41,137 bases of DNA from a virus, in UHGV virus genome UHGV-0139000; one strand, 5' to 3'. A program made the translations under genes and the position numbers. The notes beneath the pieces were generated by a model. It searched no databases. It was not told where the DNA came from and was given only the letters and a program-made list of their open reading frames with translations. The stretch's first letter is position 1; every line of letters starts with the position of its first letter. Shown here in pieces: positions 37,630 through 41,137 of the stretch.

Positions 37630-39021
37630 ATGATAACTTTTAAACCACGTCCCTACCAAGATCTCATCATCAATCATCAAATCGAGACCCTGCGCGGCAA
37701 CATCTGGGCAGGGATGGGGATGGGTAAAACCGTAGCGACACTCACCACGCTGGAAGATCTTTTCATGGCTGGAGCAGAAACACGCCCCGCGCTGGTCCTC
37801 GCGCCGCTACGCGTTGCAGCAAGCACTTGGCCTGATGAAGCTGTTAAATGGGGGCATCTGCGTAATATTGAGGTACAGCCGATCATCGGTAACGCCAAAG
37901 CGCGCTCTACAGCGCTGGCGAACAGCAACGCGAGCGTGTTCACAATCAACTACGATAACCTTGTCTGGCTGGTTGAAGAATTGGGAGAACGATGGTCGTT
38001 CGGTACTGTCATTCCAGATGAAAGCACCCGGCTAAAATCCTTCCGGCTGCGAGGTGGTGGTAAGCGCGCGGCGGCGCTGGGCAAAGTGGCGCACAAGTAT
38101 GTCCGGCGCTGGATAAATCTCACCGGTACGCCAGCACCGAACGGCCTGGTAGATTTGTGGGGACAATCGTGGTTTGTGGACCAGGGGCAACGTCTCGGGC
38201 GCACTTACGGCGCGTTTACCTCACGCTGGTTCAAATCGATACAGTTTCCGGGGCAGAGCTGGACCAAACTGGAGCCTTTTGCTCACTCACAGGGTGAAAT
38301 ACAGCGAGCGTTAGCCGATGTGACCCTCTCGCTGGATGCGGCCGACTGGTTCGATATCAAAGACCCCATCCATAACGTAATCCGCGTGGATATGCCGCCG
38401 AAGGCCCGTCAGCAGTATCGTGAAATGGAAAAGGAAATGTTCCTCGAGCTGAATGGCGAAGGCATCGAAGCACCGAACGCCGCGGCAAAGACACTGAAGT
38501 GTCTGCAAATCGCCAGCGGCGCAGTATACACAGATGACACCGGAAGTTGGTCAGAACTGCATGACACCAAACTACAGGCGCTGGACAGCATACTGACCGA
38601 AGCAGCTGGCGCACCTGTGCTGGTTGCTTATCACTGGAAACACGATCTTGAACGCTTGCTTAAAGCATTCCCTCGCGGTCGTCACCTCGACCAGGCTCCA
38701 CAGACACTGCGCGACTGGAATTCCGGAAAGATTCCTGTTCTCTTTGCACACCCAGCCAGCGCGGGCCACGGCCTGAACATGCAGGACGGCGGAAATATAC
38801 TGGTATTTTTCTCACACTGGTGGGACCTGGAGCAATATCAGCAAATTATTGAACGTATCGGCCCAACCAGACAGATACAGGCCGGACACAATCGTCCGGT
38901 ATTTATTCACCACATTATTGCTGCCGACACTATGGACGAAATGGTGATGGAGCGGCGCAACTCAAAACGAACAGTGCAGGACATCCTGCTCGATGCCATG
39001 AAAAAGAGAGGTATAGCATGA
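37630..39021 (+). CDS. SNF2/DEAD-like superfamily 2 helicase
   Basis: Walker A AGMGMGKTV and DExx-like IPDESTRL; 463 aa; last gene of the replication operon. Confidence 0.7.
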   Translation: MITFKPRPYQDLIINHQIETLRGNIWAGMGMGKTVATLTTLEDLFMAGAETRPALVLAPLRVAASTWPDEAVKWGHLRNIEVQPIIGNAKARSTALANSNASVFTINYDNLVWLVEELGERWSFGTVIPDESTRLKSFRLRGGGKRAAALGKVAHKYVRRWINLTGTPAPNGLVDLWGQSWFVDQGQRLGRTYGAFTSRWFKSIQFPGQSWTKLEPFAHSQGEIQRALADVTLSLDAADWFDIKDPIHNVIRVDMPPKARQQYREMEKEMFLELNGEGIEAPNAAAKTLKCLQIASGAVYTDDTGSWSELHDTKLQALDSILTEAAGAPVLVAYHWKHDLERLLKAFPRGRHLDQAPQTLRDWNSGKIPVLFAHPASAGHGLNMQDGGNILVFFSHWWDLEQYQQIIERIGPTRQIQAGHNRPVFIHHIIAADTMDEMVMERRNSKRTVQDILLDAMKKRGIA

Positions 39022-39218
39022 GCGAGAAACCCGACGATTTACTCACCCCGGATGAAGTATGCCAAAAGTTAGGTATTACACAGAAAACGCTATGTGAGTG
39101 GAATATTAAGCATCGTCATCGGGCTATCCTGGCACCAATTCGTTTCAGTGCAAAAGTAGTTCGTTATGAGCGCCGAAATGTCGACGCTTTTATTCAAAAA
39201 TGTCGCAGCCAGTATTAA
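39018..39218 (+). CDS. excisionase / AlpA-like small DNA-binding protein
   Basis: 66 aa next to and overlapping the integrase 3' end; LLTPDEVCQKLGITQKTLCEW HTH-like segment. Confidence 0.55.
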   Translation: MSEKPDDLLTPDEVCQKLGITQKTLCEWNIKHRHRAILAPIRFSAKVVRYERRNVDAFIQKCRSQY

Positions 39219-40618
39219 CCTCGCCGCCGTAGCAATGCCACCTGCGCAAGTATGCTCCGCTCGTGAGCCTCGAAAGCTTCGCGCTTCAACGCAATCTCTT
39301 CCTGTAAAATCTCATCAGAAAAGTCGTAATGTTCTGCCATCGGGTCATCTGACTTGCTGGAGTGGTGAAGGCAAAGGAGGCTGATTTCCCTTCGGTCTGA
39401 GCGGGAATAGCCTCTTTCCTTCATCAAGGCAATAACATTGCTCTTAAGGAATTTACGGCACATCGTATTAAATGCACCGTCTTTCCCTTTAACAGTCCCA
39501 TCATGTTTTATTCCTTTTACAGCCCCGTCCGGGCTGTATGTTTTCACCAGCTTATCCAGTGATCGTTTTGAAAATGGCTGCATTGGATCACGTGGCTGCA
39601 AAAATACATAATCCCTGTTGCACTCAGGAACTGAATCACGCCAGGCTTTCTGCTCGTCGATAATCCGCCGGATCTCAGGCGTTATCGGCAGGCGGAAAGC
39701 CTTTTGTGTTTTCATAGCCCCTCGCATGCCGATAACCCCTTCCGGATAAACAATTTCACCAGCCTCCTCGTGAACGTAGTCCCAGCGCAGGTTATGGACA
39801 TTAATCGGACGAACACCAGTGATGATCATGAAACGAACAGCATTCTTCTGGTGTACAGAGGTGCAGGCAGCAACATTGAGCCAGAGTCGGGCGATTGATT
39901 CAATATCGGTAAAAAGCCGTGTGGGGGTAGGTTTCTGTACGCGGGAGGAAACATAATCATCTGGCAGACTGGCGGCAACATTGCGGCCGTTGCAAAGAGT
40001 AGGTGCGCAGAACTTCCAGAACCGACGGAGCTCGGCAAACAACTCCAGGGCGTTATTGTTCGAGCGAGTGGCGATCCACTCGTCCAGCACTTCCACCAGC
40101 CGACTGTATGTTACGTCGCTGAACACCTCGCGCTCGCCGAACGTTGATTTAATCCGGTCGATACGCACCCCGTAGGTTGTGAAACTGTCCGGGCTCAGCT
40201 TCTGACGGGCTACTTTGGCTTTGAGGTCATCCCGGTACATTTCCAGCGCTGCATGTACGGACTCTGCCCGCAGTCCACCGTCAGCCATACCTAGTGCTTT
40301 TTCGCGCGCCAGCTGGATAGCGAGCTCCGGCCACTCGCCGAGCTTTTTACCTTTGAGGCCCATCTTTTTTGGAAACTCGGCGTAAAATGTAACCTTACCG
40401 GCTTTGCTGAAATCGATACGGAGATAGTTCTCTTTTTCGTATTTGGAACGGCGAGCCACGCCGGAAGCAGCGAGGATGATTTTGGCGGCAGCAACACAGA
40501 TTTTCATGTGTGCGCTGGTATAAGGGGGTTTACAGGCGTCCCATTTTTCAGAAGCGGCTAAAACATCGTCATTATTGGGGCTATCCGGATTATGTGTTAC
40601 AGTGCGCGGCATTCTCAA
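39215..40618 (-). CDS. int: tyrosine integrase
   Basis: 467-aa ORF adjacent to attR with an N-terminal arm-binding-like segment; the true start may be an internal Met (e.g. MKICVAA). Confidence 0.8.
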   Translation of the reverse strand: MRMPRTVTHNPDSPNNDDVLAASEKWDACKPPYTSAHMKICVAAAKIILAASGVARRSKYEKENYLRIDFSKAGKVTFYAEFPKKMGLKGKKLGEWPELAIQLAREKALGMADGGLRAESVHAALEMYRDDLKAKVARQKLSPDSFTTYGVRIDRIKSTFGEREVFSDVTYSRLVEVLDEWIATRSNNNALELFAELRRFWKFCAPTLCNGRNVAASLPDDYVSSRVQKPTPTRLFTDIESIARLWLNVAACTSVHQKNAVRFMIITGVRPINVHNLRWDYVHEEAGEIVYPEGVIGMRGAMKTQKAFRLPITPEIRRIIDEQKAWRDSVPECNRDYVFLQPRDPMQPFSKRSLDKLVKTYSPDGAVKGIKHDGTVKGKDGAFNTMCRKFLKSNVIALMKERGYSRSDRREISLLCLHHSSKSDDPMAEHYDFSDEILQEEIALKREAFEAHERSILAQVALLRRRG

Positions 40619-40817
40619 TCCTTATCTGCGTAGGCGCAGAAAACAAGCTCACACATACAAGTCTTTTCTACGGGACAAAATGCAATGTGTTGCGGTTTTG
40701 TGTTGCTGGACTGAGTTTATCAAGGTTAAATACACTGGATCAACATACAGTAAGTTAATGACAGTAAAGCATACAAACTCGATACAACTTACTGATTTTA
40801 AAATGATTTAACGGTAA

Positions 40818-41087
<270 letters not shown>

Positions 41088-41137
41088 TATTCTACTCTGG
41101 ATGTAGAGTGTTAATTATTTTATAGAGAAACCTTAAC

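Overview
The window is almost entirely one complete-looking temperate phage (prophage, about 40.8 kb, 86..40874) inserted into the 5' end of a host 4Fe-4S ferredoxin gene (yfhL-like). An 18-bp direct repeat marks attL (86..103) and attR (40857..40874); the phage supplies a replacement N-terminus so the ferredoxin ORF stays intact at 40827..41087. Left to right: attL; an AT-rich cargo island (about 104..1780) with two unknown genes that replaces the 3' half of a Gin/Pin-type invertase; a Mu G-segment-like invertible tail-fibre switch with two gix-like sites; a minus-strand block of baseplate, contractile tail (with a -1 frameshift chaperone site), head, portal and terminase genes; a lysis cassette (holin, lambda R-like endolysin, Rz with embedded Rz1); a Q-like antiterminator with late-leader terminators; an iteron origin at the 3' end of a P4-type primase-helicase translationally coupled to cro; a divergent cro/cI immunity switch; a plus-strand early operon with a family A DNA polymerase replication module; then excisionase, integrase and attR. 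The best candidates for something undescribed are the visibly AT-rich inserts: the left-end cargo pair, a two-gene insert in the baseplate cluster, a HEAT-repeat mini-gene antisense between terS and terL, and two antisense membrane-protein genes inside the replication operon. All family assignments rest on reading the translations and on synteny; no database search or GC calculation was run.
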